64,000 nucleotides of DNA from the NCBI GenBank assembly GCA_001781435.1, contig MFLV01000011.1, forward strand, positions 11,268-75,267, written 5' to 3'. Source of the stretch: Candidatus Kaiserbacteria bacterium RIFCSPLOWO2_01_FULL_51_21 (GTDB lineage Bacteria; Patescibacteriota; Minisyncoccia; Phycocordibacterales; 2-01-FULL-51-21). The translations under genes were made by a program, and so were the position numbers. The notes under the pieces were generated by a model. The model was not told where the DNA came from. It saw only the letters and a program-made list of their open reading frames with translations, and did not search any database. Below are positions 45,373 to 55,038 of this stretch, in pieces; position 1 is the first letter of the stretch, and each line of letters begins with the position of its first letter.

Positions 45373-45603
45373 AGAAGTATTATTTTATTTCTCTATATAA
45401 ATCTTTTACTATTATTAGTGGTGTGGATAGGGTGAAAAGTGATTAAAATCACTTATTTAAAGAACATTTTCTATTTCAAGTTGTTCTTAATGGTGTGAAT
45501 AAGTTTTGTTTTTTATCGGATAACTCCTTTTTATTTTTTTCCATACACATTTGAGACACACATTCTCACTTCTTATCCGCGGCTAATAAAGGGGTTATCC
45601 ACT
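45373..45603. promoter_or_regulatory. Putative oriC (dnaA-dnaN intergenic)
   Basis: AT-rich tract 45375-45420; DnaA-box-like TGTGGATAG (45422), TGTGAATAA (~45495), TTATCCGC (45573), TTATCCAC (45595); more near-boxes upstream of dnaA (~47081-47100). Confidence 0.85.
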
Positions 45604-46987
45604 ACTTTAACAAAGCTCTGATCTGCTCCAACTCTTCAGTAAGGGTGGAGTTTAGTTTTATTTCGTTTCTCATTTTTTCGCAAGAGTGGATGACGGTGGT
45701 ATGGTCGCGCCCCCCGAGCTTTTGGCCGATGGTCGGATAAGAAACACGGAAGTCTTCTCGTAAAAGGTACATAATAATCTGCCGTGGGCGCACGACTTCC
45801 TTCCGCCGCGTTTTTTCGTAGATGTTCGATTCATCAATCTCATAAAAGTCGGCGACCTTTTTGATGACGTCTTTCACGGAAATAAGCTTTTTAGGGCGCG
45901 AAGTGTCTCGGATAAGATTTTTTACCTCAAGAAGGTCCAATGTTTTTCCTTTAAGTTGTGTTTGACAGATAATTGAGTTCAGCACCCCTTCCAACTCTCG
46001 GATATTTCCTTGGATATTCTCCGCAAGGTGCTCAACAATACTTTTCTCAAGAACAAAATTATTATGGCTTGCCTTTGCTTGGAGAATGGCAACCCGCGAT
46101 TCGTAATCCGGTTCTGCGATATCCGCAACCATGCCTGCCGCAAAGCGGGATTTTAAGCGCTCGTCGATATTTTGTATGTAGTTGGGATGTTTGTCGGAGG
46201 AAAAAACAATCTGCTTGTTGTTGTCGTAGAGAGCGTTAAAAAGATGGAACAGTTCCTCCTGGGTTTTCTCGGTTTTTGAAAAAAACTGTACGTCGTCCAT
46301 AATAAACACATCGTAGACGCGGTACTTCTCTTTAAATTGATTCATTTTGTTTTCCTGCAGGGAGTTCATGTAATCGACTGCGAATTTTTCCGATGTCATG
46401 TAGTAAACTTTCTTACTCGGACTTGTTTTTTTAATATGGTTGCCGATTGCCTGCATAAGGTGCGTCTTGCCGCGCCCGGTGCCTCCGTAAATAAAGAACG
46501 GGTTGTATGCAATGCCGGGTTTTTGAATAATCGCCTGAGCCGCAGCGTAGGCAAGGTTATTGAATGGACCCACGACAAAGGTATCGAAGGTGTACCGCGG
46601 ATTGAGGTTGTCGCTTTTATTGATATTGAAGTCGAAGGGAAGCTCGGAGAGGGGGGTCAGTGTTTTCAGCGATTCCTCTTTTTGTTTCCGACGATCTCTG
46701 GCAATAACATACTCAAGACCGCGTACCCCGTCTGAAAAACCACGCAGGGTTTTGAGGATGAATTTGTGGTACTTTGTGGAAAGCCAGTCTTTAACAAATT
46801 GATTTGGGACTCCAACATACACCACCCCCTCCTCTTGTTTGACGACGTGGGTATCTTTAAACCAAGTGCTGAAGTTCGCTTTCGATATTGAAAGCTCAAT
46901 ATCAACAAGAGCGTTTTCCCAAAGTTGTTTTGGGTCGAGAGTTTTTCCCACCACGTGACTTCTGCTGTTTGTTGTGTACACTTCCAT
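45602..46987 (-). CDS. dnaA: Chromosomal replication initiator DnaA
   Basis: LNPRYTFDTFVVG, YNP, G.GKTHL, DDVQ, QEELFHLFN, GGRDHTTV. Confidence 0.99.
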   Translation of the reverse strand: MEVYTTNSRSHVVGKTLDPKQLWENALVDIELSISKANFSTWFKDTHVVKQEEGVVYVGVPNQFVKDWLSTKYHKFILKTLRGFSDGVRGLEYVIARDRRKQKEESLKTLTPLSELPFDFNINKSDNLNPRYTFDTFVVGPFNNLAYAAAQAIIQKPGIAYNPFFIYGGTGRGKTHLMQAIGNHIKKTSPSKKVYYMTSEKFAVDYMNSLQENKMNQFKEKYRVYDVFIMDDVQFFSKTEKTQEELFHLFNALYDNNKQIVFSSDKHPNYIQNIDERLKSRFAAGMVADIAEPDYESRVAILQAKASHNNFVLEKSIVEHLAENIQGNIRELEGVLNSIICQTQLKGKTLDLLEVKNLIRDTSRPKKLISVKDVIKKVADFYEIDESNIYEKTRRKEVVRPRQIIMYLLREDFRVSYPTIGQKLGGRDHTTVIHSCEKMRNEIKLNSTLTEELEQIRALLK

Positions 46988-47137
46988 ATTTTCAAAGGTG
47001 AGTGGCGATGAGGTTGCAAAGGCAGTACTTAGTATAGGCAGGCTTTCGTTTTTGTAAAACTTCCTCAAAAAGCCCGAATGTGTTCATAAGGTGTGCATAA
47101 CGTGTGAACACTGTGAAAAGCGCTTACTGGGGTTTAC

Positions 47138-47251
47138 CCCGTTAGAAGTAGGGCGCGAACATGGTTTTGTGGGTAAAGAAAACAGGTAGACCTCCCCGGG
47201 TAACAAAGAGATTCGCTGTTAAAACTAACTGCGTCCGCGACTTCTAATGGG
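47138..47251. mobile_element. MITE-like element with 6-bp target duplication
   Basis: GTTTAC|CCCGTTAGAAGT...ACTTCTAATGGG|GTTTAC. Confidence 0.78.
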
Positions 47252-47289
47252 GTTTACGCGATACGCTAAATACGGTATGGTATCTTTGT

Positions 47290-47424
47290 ATGTCAACCAC
47301 CTATAGACCAAAAAAGCGAAAACGCGGCCGCACGCACGGATTTCTCGCTCGCTCGAGAACTCCTGCCGGGCGGCGAGTGCTTGCCCGCCGACGCAGAAAA
47401 AATAGAAAACGCCTTTCAGTGTAA
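47290..47424 (+). CDS. rpmH: 50S ribosomal protein L34
   Basis: [44 protein letters not shown] (below ORF-track cutoff). Confidence 0.97.
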   Translation: MSTTYRPKKRKRGRTHGFLARSRTPAGRRVLARRRRKNRKRLSV

Positions 47425-47428
47425 AAGT

Positions 47429-47788
47429 ATGCCCTTGACGCGGGTTACCCGCATGGACAAGGAGCTTTTTTCACGAGTTCTCCGGCAGGGAGCAGTGGTA
47501 AGGGGTAACTCCTTTTCTCTTCACTACCAAGCTCTTTCACCTAAAGAAAAGAGCCGCATTGCTGTGGTGGTCTCAAAGCGCGTCGCACGGACAGCTACCG
47601 CAAGGAATCAGCTGAAACGGCGGGGTCGGGAATTTCTAAGAAATCACCTGTCTCAAGGGGGCACTCCCTATGCGGTTATTCTCAGACTCACCCCTACTGC
47701 CGCATCTCGCACGCACGCGCAATTTCGTGAAGAGCTGGGGGTGCTTCTTTACTCTCGCGGCATTGCTACGGCGGAAACCAAGCGTTAG
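47429..47788 (+). CDS. rnpA: Ribonuclease P protein component
   Basis: RIAVVVSKRV...ATARNQLKRR; follows rpmH. Confidence 0.92.
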   Translation: MPLTRVTRMDKELFSRVLRQGAVVRGNSFSLHYQALSPKEKSRIAVVVSKRVARTATARNQLKRRGREFLRNHLSQGGTPYAVILRLTPTAASRTHAQFREELGVLLYSRGIATAETKR

Positions 47789-47836
47789 ACTCCGCACTTT
47801 CTGTACAGATAAGAAAGTGCGGGGTAAAATGGCGCA

Positions 47837-48595
47837 ATGTGGAGTAGTCTCTATCATGCTGTTTTCTACGACCCAATGTACAACGGGCTCATTTTTCTTG
47901 TCTCGGTTGTTCCGGGCGGTGATGTTGGCATCGCCATTATCCTTCTTACGATAGTCGTTCGGTTCGCTCTTTTCCCTCTCTCGTTAAAAGCAACCCGCAC
48001 CCAGCTTCTTATGCGGGAGCTTGAACCGGAGCTTCGCCGTCTTCGCGAAGAGCTTCCGAAAAACAAAGAGGAGCTTGCTCGGCGCACAATGGCGCTCTAT
48101 AAGGAACACCGCGTCAATCCTTTCTCGAGTTTTCTCTTTTTGCTTGTCCAGATTTTTTTTATCTTCACGCTCTACCTTGTCTTTTGGAAGGGAGGTCTCC
48201 CCAATATCCAAGACGACCTTCTGTACTCCTTTACTCCCTCTCCCGGAGCGGTCAGCACGATGCTCTTTGGCGTTTTAGATATTGCCGGCAAGAGCTTTTT
48301 TCTCGCCGCGATTGCCGGCATTACCCAATACTTCCAAACCAAACTCTCCATCCCCCCGCCCCTTCCCCTTCCGAAAGACAAGAAACCTTCCTTTAAAGAC
48401 GATATGGCGCGCAGCTTCAATTTGCAGATGCGCTACGCACTCCCGGTCATTATTCTTGTCGTTTCGTACACCACCTCGATCGTGGTTGCTCTTTACTTTA
48501 TCGTGAGTAATATGGTGTCCATAGGTCAGGAAGCTTACGTGCGGCGCACGCTAAAGAGGCCCACCGAAGCGCCCCCTACGGGCAATGCACACTGA
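47837..48595 (+). CDS. yidC: Membrane protein insertase YidC
   Basis: GIAIILLTIVVR..L.PL, MALYKEH.VNP, LYFIVSN. Confidence 0.95.
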   Translation: MWSSLYHAVFYDPMYNGLIFLVSVVPGGDVGIAIILLTIVVRFALFPLSLKATRTQLLMRELEPELRRLREELPKNKEELARRTMALYKEHRVNPFSSFLFLLVQIFFIFTLYLVFWKGGLPNIQDDLLYSFTPSPGAVSTMLFGVLDIAGKSFFLAAIAGITQYFQTKLSIPPPLPLPKDKKPSFKDDMARSFNLQMRYALPVIILVVSYTTSIVVALYFIVSNMVSIGQEAYVRRTLKRPTEAPPTGNAH

Positions 48596-49106
48596 AGAAA
48601 TCAAAAGCATAATCAGGGAATTTCTTGAACGTCTCACGGTTGCCGTCGAGGATGTTTCGGTTCGCGAGGAGGAAAACCCGCCGCTTTTTCACGTCACCAC
48701 AAAAGATTCCGGTGTGCTTATCGGCATTAACGGGGATAACCTTCGCGCTCTTAATGTTGTGGTGAAGAAAATCGTAGAACGTCGCCTTGGCGCCGAGGCT
48801 GCGGCACAGTTTTTTCTCGATGTGAACGGCTACCAAAGCCGGCATATCGCCGAGGTGAGGAGCAAGGTGCGGATGCTTGCGGAGCGCGCGAGGACATTTA
48901 AATATGACGTTGAGATGAGCCCGATGAACGCCTATGAACGAATGATAGTGCATGCGACTTTCACGAACGACCCGGACATCGCCACTGAATCGGTTGGAGA
49001 AGGCAAATTTCGTCGGGTAGTGTTGAAATATATGCCGAATAAACAACCGGCAACTCACAACTCGCAACCGCTTGAAAGAGACATAGAACTTTTTGGTACC
49101 GTATAG
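48585..49106 (+). CDS. jag: Jag/KhpB KH-R3H RNA-binding protein
   Basis: LIGINGDNL, DVNGY, PMNAYERMIVH, S.GEG..RRVV. Confidence 0.9.
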   Translation: MHTEEIKSIIREFLERLTVAVEDVSVREEENPPLFHVTTKDSGVLIGINGDNLRALNVVVKKIVERRLGAEAAAQFFLDVNGYQSRHIAEVRSKVRMLAERARTFKYDVEMSPMNAYERMIVHATFTNDPDIATESVGEGKFRRVVLKYMPNKQPATHNSQPLERDIELFGTV

Positions 49107-49175
49107 TCCGGCTGTCGGTCGGTTGCTTGTCCCGAGCTTTGTCGAGGGTGATTATACCTTTCTAAAAGACTCGAG

Positions 49176-49222
49176 GTACGAATAGTTCTATTCGTAATTC
49201 TTAATTCGTGCTTCGCTATTCG
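49176..49222. repeat. 7-bp-period array at the end of the T4SS operon
   Basis: gtacgaatag-ttct-attcgta-attctta-attcgtg-cttcgct-attcg. Confidence 0.8.
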
Positions 49223-50439
49223 CTTCCAAGCTCAAGGCTCCAGAGGGTGCCGTCGTTTTTATTTTTGAAAAACACGTACCGGTCATCAGGACTTATACTT
49301 GGGTCGACGACATCAATGGTTGTGTTGCTTTGGTCGCTAAGTATCCCGAGGAGCGTTGAGTTTCCTGAATCAAGCTCAATTTTCCAAAGATTGTCAACGA
49401 AGGAAACAGATCCTTGATACCACAAATCAGGATACGTGCCCTCGGGAATTTCTGCCGGGACGGCGCAAAACAGAACCGTGTCCGATAACGTGCTCCACGC
49501 GCACTTTTCGAGAGGGAGGGTGTTAAGGGGCAAGGCAGCTATCTCTTTTGTTTTTGTGTTGAGATTTTTAAGACTTATGCCGCCATATCCGCTCTCCGCA
49601 AACACGACGCGAGAAAGGCTTCGGTTGGCGATTGCTGTAAGTCCCGGAACGTTTCCTAGTACCGAGGTAAGCGTCTTTGAAGTGGTGTTTATGAAATAGA
49701 GAAAGCCCGGTGTCTCCCCCGATGGTTTTGAGGAGAGCATGATCGTACTGGTTGCCGGCCAGCTTACGAGCCATTCTTTTAAAGGTGAAGAAAAAAGAAG
49801 CGTTTTCTTTGCCCCGTTTGGCTGCGATGTTGTGACATCCCCGCCTTCCCCGTTCTCTAAAACATACGCAAGGGTTCCTCCGGGCGAAAGTGTAACGCTT
49901 AGGATATTGCGAGGCAAAAAAGTGCCCGCAAGCTCCCTCTCGGTTGTCCCCGTGGCGATAGCCCCCGAAAAAGTGACGATACTCTCTTCATCAGTATCCA
50001 AATATTGCAATACTGCCCCGCTTCCACCGGGAAGCCACAGCGCGCTTTGAACTTTGGGTATTGTGGTGTTGCTTATCCGCTTTGCTTCTCCAGAAGAGAC
50101 TGAAACACTATACACATGCCCGGTGGCCCTCTCCATATAGAGAACCTGGTATTCCTGGGAATCTTTGAGAGGGAGAAACCCCGCAACGGGTACGGATGTC
50201 AGTTGGCGCAGTTTCTGGACAGAAGAAAAAGAAGTCTCTTCGGTTGTTGAAGAGCCCTGTGTCGAGGAGGTGTCAGAGGAAAAGATGTTTGGCCCTTGGC
50301 CAAAAGGGAAGAAGTCAAAACGGCTTCCGGAGGTTCCTGGCGTGGTGGTTTTGTTCGTTTGCAAATAATAGATGCCAACTATCCCAAGCACAAGGAGGAA
50401 AAAAACAACAGCTATAATAATTATGGTTTGACGTGACAT
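49216..50439 (-). CDS. Membrane-anchored beta-propeller (TolB-like) protein
   Basis: N-terminal TM, S/T linker, SPGG/SPDD repeats, GTLWSL end. Confidence 0.7.
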   Translation of the reverse strand: MSRQTIIIIAVVFFLLVLGIVGIYYLQTNKTTTPGTSGSRFDFFPFGQGPNIFSSDTSSTQGSSTTEETSFSSVQKLRQLTSVPVAGFLPLKDSQEYQVLYMERATGHVYSVSVSSGEAKRISNTTIPKVQSALWLPGGSGAVLQYLDTDEESIVTFSGAIATGTTERELAGTFLPRNILSVTLSPGGTLAYVLENGEGGDVTTSQPNGAKKTLLFSSPLKEWLVSWPATSTIMLSSKPSGETPGFLYFINTTSKTLTSVLGNVPGLTAIANRSLSRVVFAESGYGGISLKNLNTKTKEIAALPLNTLPLEKCAWSTLSDTVLFCAVPAEIPEGTYPDLWYQGSVSFVDNLWKIELDSGNSTLLGILSDQSNTTIDVVDPSISPDDRYVFFKNKNDGTLWSLELGSE

Positions 50440-50440
50440 A

Positions 50441-50971
50441 TTAAAAACCAACTCCTCCAGTTTTTGGGTCGACGCATGTCTGGCTCCCTCCTTTAATATT
50501 TACCTGTACAGTACCACCAGCCTCGTCACAGTTTTTTTTAAGAGTATCTAGTTTGAGAATATTGTTGTTTTGGGTATCTAGGGGTTTCGCGGGTTCTAGG
50601 TTAAGCGGCACGCTTCCTATACTTAAGTTGAGGATTGATGGATTAATGGCATTGAGTAACAGAAAAGAGCCCAGAAGCAGAAGAAGTCCTAGAATCGCAG
50701 AGACAATTTTATCTCGCCCTTCGCTTTTACTGCTAATGGATTCCCCTCCCATATACTGAAATCCCCCGATGCCGATCATAATAACCGCGAGAAAGGCCGC
50801 GACACCGATGGAAATCTGGAACAGGCTTTGTACAAACCCGCCGACGTTGTCGTTTGTGTAAGTGACGCCGGGAAGTCGCTCAAGCGGAACATACTCTGTT
50901 TGAGCTTGCGCATAAAGAGCGGTGGTAAGAAGCAGAAGCACAATTATTAAGAATGGACGAGCGTATTTCAT
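50441..50971 (-). CDS. T4SS pilin-like (VirB2/TrbC-type) membrane protein
   Basis: AV.MI.IGGFQYM...K..I..AILGLLLLL.S.LLL..INP pattern. Confidence 0.75.
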   Translation of the reverse strand: MKYARPFLIIVLLLLTTALYAQAQTEYVPLERLPGVTYTNDNVGGFVQSLFQISIGVAAFLAVIMIGIGGFQYMGGESISSKSEGRDKIVSAILGLLLLLGSFLLLNAINPSILNLSIGSVPLNLEPAKPLDTQNNNILKLDTLKKNCDEAGGTVQVNIKGGSQTCVDPKTGGVGF

Positions 50972-51984
50972 TTCTTTGAACCAAAGGAAACGGTGAGACT
51001 CCTGCTTGCCGATTGTAGAATTTGTTTGAGATTTTGGACGACAAGAGCAAGGGTTGCCGTGCCGCTTCCTTCAGCGGTTTGCCGAAGGGTCACGCTTCCT
51101 TTTTTACCCTCCTCTGTGGCAACGGGCATTCCGTTGAGTGTCCACTGATAACGGAGTGCGCCGCTTGTCCTTTCTTTTGCGCTCATAAAATAAGGGACTG
51201 CAACAATGCGGCTCTCCGAGCCACTTAAGAAAAACTCTTTTTGAAGAGCGGTATTAAATTGAATACCCAAAAGAGGGTCATCTTCGTATAAAACCACCTC
51301 TGGAGCCGCGGCTCCGATAATCGCCGCGCCGCTCCCCCTCACCGCGCCGTCGGCAGTCGCGATGTCGACGAAAACGCGTACCGAATCGTTAAGTTTTGGC
51401 CCGTCAATGGTAACGGAGCTTCTCCCGCGTCCCGACTGATTGCCCAAGACCGTAGTGTTGCGCCGCCACGTGTAGATAAGCGTTCCCGGGGAAGCTTCTT
51501 TTCCGGAACTTACCACAAGATGAGGAATCGCCGTCACCATAACCGGTGCGTCCGAAGCGGCAAGCGCCTTGCCTTGGTAGAAAGGCGGCGTGTAAGAGAT
51601 TGCTTGCCAAAGGACGTCAACTGTGGAGATAGTAAGTGTCACCGCGGCAGAAACAGGCGCGCCGCTTGGCTCTGTCACCGCGACCGATATGAGAAGTCGT
51701 GTGCCTACCACGCCGGCCACGGCCGTGGTGTTTTTAACACCAACTCCTGAGGCGCCGCGCTTGCCGTTTATGGTCCAGATGATGGTGGAGCGGTCAAGGT
51801 CAATCGAAGCGCTCTGCAGATGAATGAGGACCTGCGCTCCCGGTGTTGGATTTTCTGGACTTGCGACAATCTCAACCGGGCTCAAGCCCGTCGTTTGCGC
51901 TTGCGTTACCGTGCCCGGAGCAAAAGCGCCGCAGGCCGCGAGCATAACAAGGAGAAAAAAGTTTTGCATTTGGCGTCTGGTCAT
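50968..51984 (-). CDS. Secreted multi-Ig-like protein in T4SS locus
   Basis: Signal peptide, W.ING and Y.W strands, SYTPPFYQGK. Confidence 0.7.
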   Translation of the reverse strand: MTRRQMQNFFLLVMLAACGAFAPGTVTQAQTTGLSPVEIVASPENPTPGAQVLIHLQSASIDLDRSTIIWTINGKRGASGVGVKNTTAVAGVVGTRLLISVAVTEPSGAPVSAAVTLTISTVDVLWQAISYTPPFYQGKALAASDAPVMVTAIPHLVVSSGKEASPGTLIYTWRRNTTVLGNQSGRGRSSVTIDGPKLNDSVRVFVDIATADGAVRGSGAAIIGAAAPEVVLYEDDPLLGIQFNTALQKEFFLSGSESRIVAVPYFMSAKERTSGALRYQWTLNGMPVATEEGKKGSVTLRQTAEGSGTATLALVVQNLKQILQSASRSLTVSFGSKK

Positions 51985-53852
51985 AATTTTTGAGGCAAGG
52001 GGTTTGCAATGATGGGCTTGACCGGAAGTTCTTTCCCCTGTGAAAAATCAAGTTCGGTTTTTGCTTTTTTGATGGCGAGGAGCTGTGAGGGGTCGGACGT
52101 GATGATTTGATCTTCAGTATACGAGGCGATGACTTTAATTGCCACATGTTTAAGACCGGCGAAGAAGATTCCCTCCCCGACGTCTGATTCCAAGAGAAGA
52201 TATTTTTCTTCATCAGTGAGATTGAACGTGTGCTGGATAACGTCAATGGAGGAAGGCGATTGTTTGAGCAGAAGTTGCAGCGAAGAGTTCGAAATCATTG
52301 GAAGGCCGTAGGGCGATTTCAAAAAGTCGTCAACGTCCTGCGTTATTGTCGCGAGCCCGAGATAGTATTTGCGTCCGCGTTTCGCCATGCTGTAGAGAAA
52401 GTTTGCCGTATCCTCCGCTTTCATCATCCACCATGCCTCGTCAATCACCAAAAGGCGTTTTTTGAGCTCTTTGCGAATCGCCGTCCAGATAAAATGCGTG
52501 ACAATGTACATGGCGACGGGTTTCAGTTCGTCTTCCATATCGCGCACCGAAAACACCACGAATTGCTTGTTAATATCAACATTTGTCGGGCGGTTGATGA
52601 ATCCCGCCCATGTGCCTTTGGTGTATTTAGAAAGTCGCTGAACAAGCGATTCCCCGCCCTCCATGCCGGCAAGCACGAGTTCAAAATCAGATATAAGCGG
52701 CGGCTCAACCGAGGTAAAGTCACTGTCGCCGGTAATGTCTTTGAGCGCGTAGGTTTCGGTGATTGCCCGGTCGATGATAGCGTCTTCTTCCGGCGTGAGC
52801 CCCCCGAGCATGATACGAAAGAGCCCCACAAGATTCACAATGTTTGAGCGCAAAACGTCCGTGGCGGATTCGTCTTCCCGCGGAATAGGAAGGTCAAACG
52901 GGTTGATATGGTGCTCCGAGGAGAGCGAAATGTTGAAATATCTCCCGCCAACCGCCTCAGCGAGGTAATCGTATTCCCGCTCCGGGTCGATCACGATGAC
53001 CTCGGTGTCGAACATAAGCGAGCGTAGAATTTCCAACTTCATCGCATAGGATTTCCCGGAACCGGATTTAGCGAACACCACCGAGTTGTAATTCTCAAGC
53101 GAGAAGCGGTCGAAGAGGACAAGCGAAGAGTTGTGCCTATTAATGCCGTAGAGAATACCGCGGTCGGCAGTGAGGTCGAAGGAAATAAAAGGGAAGACGC
53201 TTGAAAGGGGCGAGGAGTTGAGTTTCGAATGCACCCCGAGTATGTCGGTCGCCGTCGGCAGGACGCTTTTGTACCCTTGCTCTTGCTGAAAGAGCGCCGG
53301 CTTTACATACACGAGCTTTGATTCGAGCATAGAGCGGATTTCAGACTCCGCTTTGTCGAGCTCCTCCAGATTAGAGGCGTAAATGGAAACGTATATTCCC
53401 ACTTCAAAAATACGCTCCTGCGCCTGCTGAAGCTGGTCGCGCAGCTGCTCAAGGTCGCGATACGCGGTGTCAAGTTTCGGGTCGCGCACCATTCCCTTCT
53501 CTTCCCGAAGGCTGATTTGGCTTTGCACCTCGGCTACCTTTTTCTGAAATTGCCGCAGTATTGTCGCGGTATCAATAGGGTGGATAAAGATAGAAATGTC
53601 GAAGACTTTTTCAAGATTGATAATCGGCGAAAACCAGTTATCGGTGAGAAAGCGCGGATACGAGATGACAAAGAACGTGCGGACAACCTTGTCGCCGAGG
53701 TTCATTTCTCGCGGGGAAACTTTCAGCGCCGAGGGGGCAATGATGTCTTTCAGTTCAAGCACTCCCGCTTTATAAATTTCTTCGGGGAGAATTGGCGAAA
53801 GGCTCGGCACCGTCGTTGTTTTTTTTGATTTGAAAATATCTAAGAGTGCCAT
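51981..53852 (-). CDS. virB4: VirB4-like T4SS ATPase
   Basis: AKSGSGKS Walker A, VIDPEREY, VIDEAW, RGRKY, TQDVDDF, GEG. Confidence 0.92.
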   Translation of the reverse strand: MALLDIFKSKKTTTVPSLSPILPEEIYKAGVLELKDIIAPSALKVSPREMNLGDKVVRTFFVISYPRFLTDNWFSPIINLEKVFDISIFIHPIDTATILRQFQKKVAEVQSQISLREEKGMVRDPKLDTAYRDLEQLRDQLQQAQERIFEVGIYVSIYASNLEELDKAESEIRSMLESKLVYVKPALFQQEQGYKSVLPTATDILGVHSKLNSSPLSSVFPFISFDLTADRGILYGINRHNSSLVLFDRFSLENYNSVVFAKSGSGKSYAMKLEILRSLMFDTEVIVIDPEREYDYLAEAVGGRYFNISLSSEHHINPFDLPIPREDESATDVLRSNIVNLVGLFRIMLGGLTPEEDAIIDRAITETYALKDITGDSDFTSVEPPLISDFELVLAGMEGGESLVQRLSKYTKGTWAGFINRPTNVDINKQFVVFSVRDMEDELKPVAMYIVTHFIWTAIRKELKKRLLVIDEAWWMMKAEDTANFLYSMAKRGRKYYLGLATITQDVDDFLKSPYGLPMISNSSLQLLLKQSPSSIDVIQHTFNLTDEEKYLLLESDVGEGIFFAGLKHVAIKVIASYTEDQIITSDPSQLLAIKKAKTELDFSQGKELPVKPIIANPLPQKL

Positions 53853-53853
53853 A

Positions 53854-53959
53854 GAATTAGAAGTACGAATAACGAATAACGAATAACGAACAGATGCTTG
53901 GAGCGATTCTTAACTTGGCTTGTTTTTTTTCGTAATTCATACTTCGTAATTCGTACTTC
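53854..53959. repeat. Inverted pair of 7-bp-period arrays with no gene inside
   Basis: gaattag-aagtac-gaataac x3 ... ttcgtaa-ttcatac-ttcgtaa-ttcgtac. Confidence 0.9.
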
Positions 53960-54611
53960 ATTGAGCCTCCGGGAGGCTCAAGGGCCGTTCCAGTTCGCCG
54001 GGATTAAAAATTTTGTAATAGAGCTCGATAATTTCTTCCGTCCCAAGAACGACACTGCGAATACCACAACGCGTGAGTCCCTGCTCGACAATTGAGGCGC
54101 GCTGTTCAAGCTGGGTGCGGTGTTCCTCGAATGCGGCACTTTCGTCTGCCGCGGCTGTTTTTGACGGCTTTCCAAAAGGCAAAAGGTTTCCGAGCCCCCC
54201 TTTTTTAACGGAAATGAGCGGCGGCGTATAGGGAACGATAACAAAGAAACTCTTCGACATAATGTTCGCCTCTTCAGTAAAGGCTTTTATAAAGTCGATG
54301 TATTCCCGCACCTGGATTTTCATGAGGTCGCTCCCCTGGGCGCGATGCCGCTCTTCGAGGAGCGCGATATAGGGGCGGATGTCGAGTTCCCGCGACTGGA
54401 TGAAAATTTGAATGGAAAACTCGAGCGAGTTAAGAAAGTTCTGAAACTGCAGAAGTATGGCGGATTGCTCGTCCTGGGATTTAAGCGCGAAGTTTAAAGA
54501 AGAGGTCATCAACATCATCCGCAGTCCCCCGTCTTTGAGCACCACGACGCCGTCTCGCACCTCGCGAATCGGAACGAATTCCTGGGTTGTGTTTGTTTTG
54601 GCAGTAGCCAT
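53958..54611 (-). CDS. VirB4-associated T4SS protein
   Basis: TQEFVPI.E..DG...LKDG, NFALKS..EQ, FLNSL.F, ELYY..FNP; between prgI and virB4. Confidence 0.8.
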   Translation of the reverse strand: MATAKTNTTQEFVPIREVRDGVVVLKDGGLRMMLMTSSLNFALKSQDEQSAILLQFQNFLNSLEFSIQIFIQSRELDIRPYIALLEERHRAQGSDLMKIQVREYIDFIKAFTEEANIMSKSFFVIVPYTPPLISVKKGGLGNLLPFGKPSKTAAADESAAFEEHRTQLEQRASIVEQGLTRCGIRSVVLGTEEIIELYYKIFNPGELERPLSLPEAQ

Positions 54612-54628
54612 GAAGTACGAATAACGAG

Positions 54629-55027
54629 TTACGAATTACGAATAGGAAAAAAGGTGCGGGACTTTTTAATTAAACCATTACAGATTTTACTTACTACCGT
54701 TGTTTGATTTTCAATGGCCAGATACTCTGCTTCTAAAAGGTATCCAATATCTTTTGCAATGAGTAATTGATTTTGTACTTCAGTAAGAGAACCGAGCGCC
54801 ACGGCGTAAAATTGGGTTTTCTCTTTATAAGAAGAGCGGCTGAATCCTTCCGCAAGGTTTGAAGTAATAGAAACAACAGCTCGACGTAACTGGCTCGTTA
54901 ATCCAAACTGCTCTTCTTTGGGAAAGTTTTTTGTAATTTTGTAAACCATAATAACGAGACGATGCCCCTCTCGCCATACGCGAAGGTCTTTAAACGATTC
55001 TATTTTTTGCTCCTTCTCGTAATTCAT
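54629..55027 (-). CDS. Four-helix-bundle protein (TIGR02436 / 23S-IVP-like) flanked by heptamer arrays
   Basis: SFKDLRVW, FPKEEQFGLTSQLRRAVVSI.SN.AEG, GSL.E...QL; arrays at 54613-54644 and 55017-55061. Confidence 0.95.
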   Translation of the reverse strand: MNYEKEQKIESFKDLRVWREGHRLVIMVYKITKNFPKEEQFGLTSQLRRAVVSITSNLAEGFSRSSYKEKTQFYAVALGSLTEVQNQLLIAKDIGYLLEAEYLAIENQTTVVSKICNGLIKKSRTFFPIRNS

Positions 55028-55038
55028 TTTCGTAATTC

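Noticed and set aside
54629-55027. Four-helix protein as the Avd of the 15-16 kb DGR
   Set aside because: It is 39 kb away and has TIGR02436-type motifs and heptamer flanks; shared fold alone does not support a functional link.
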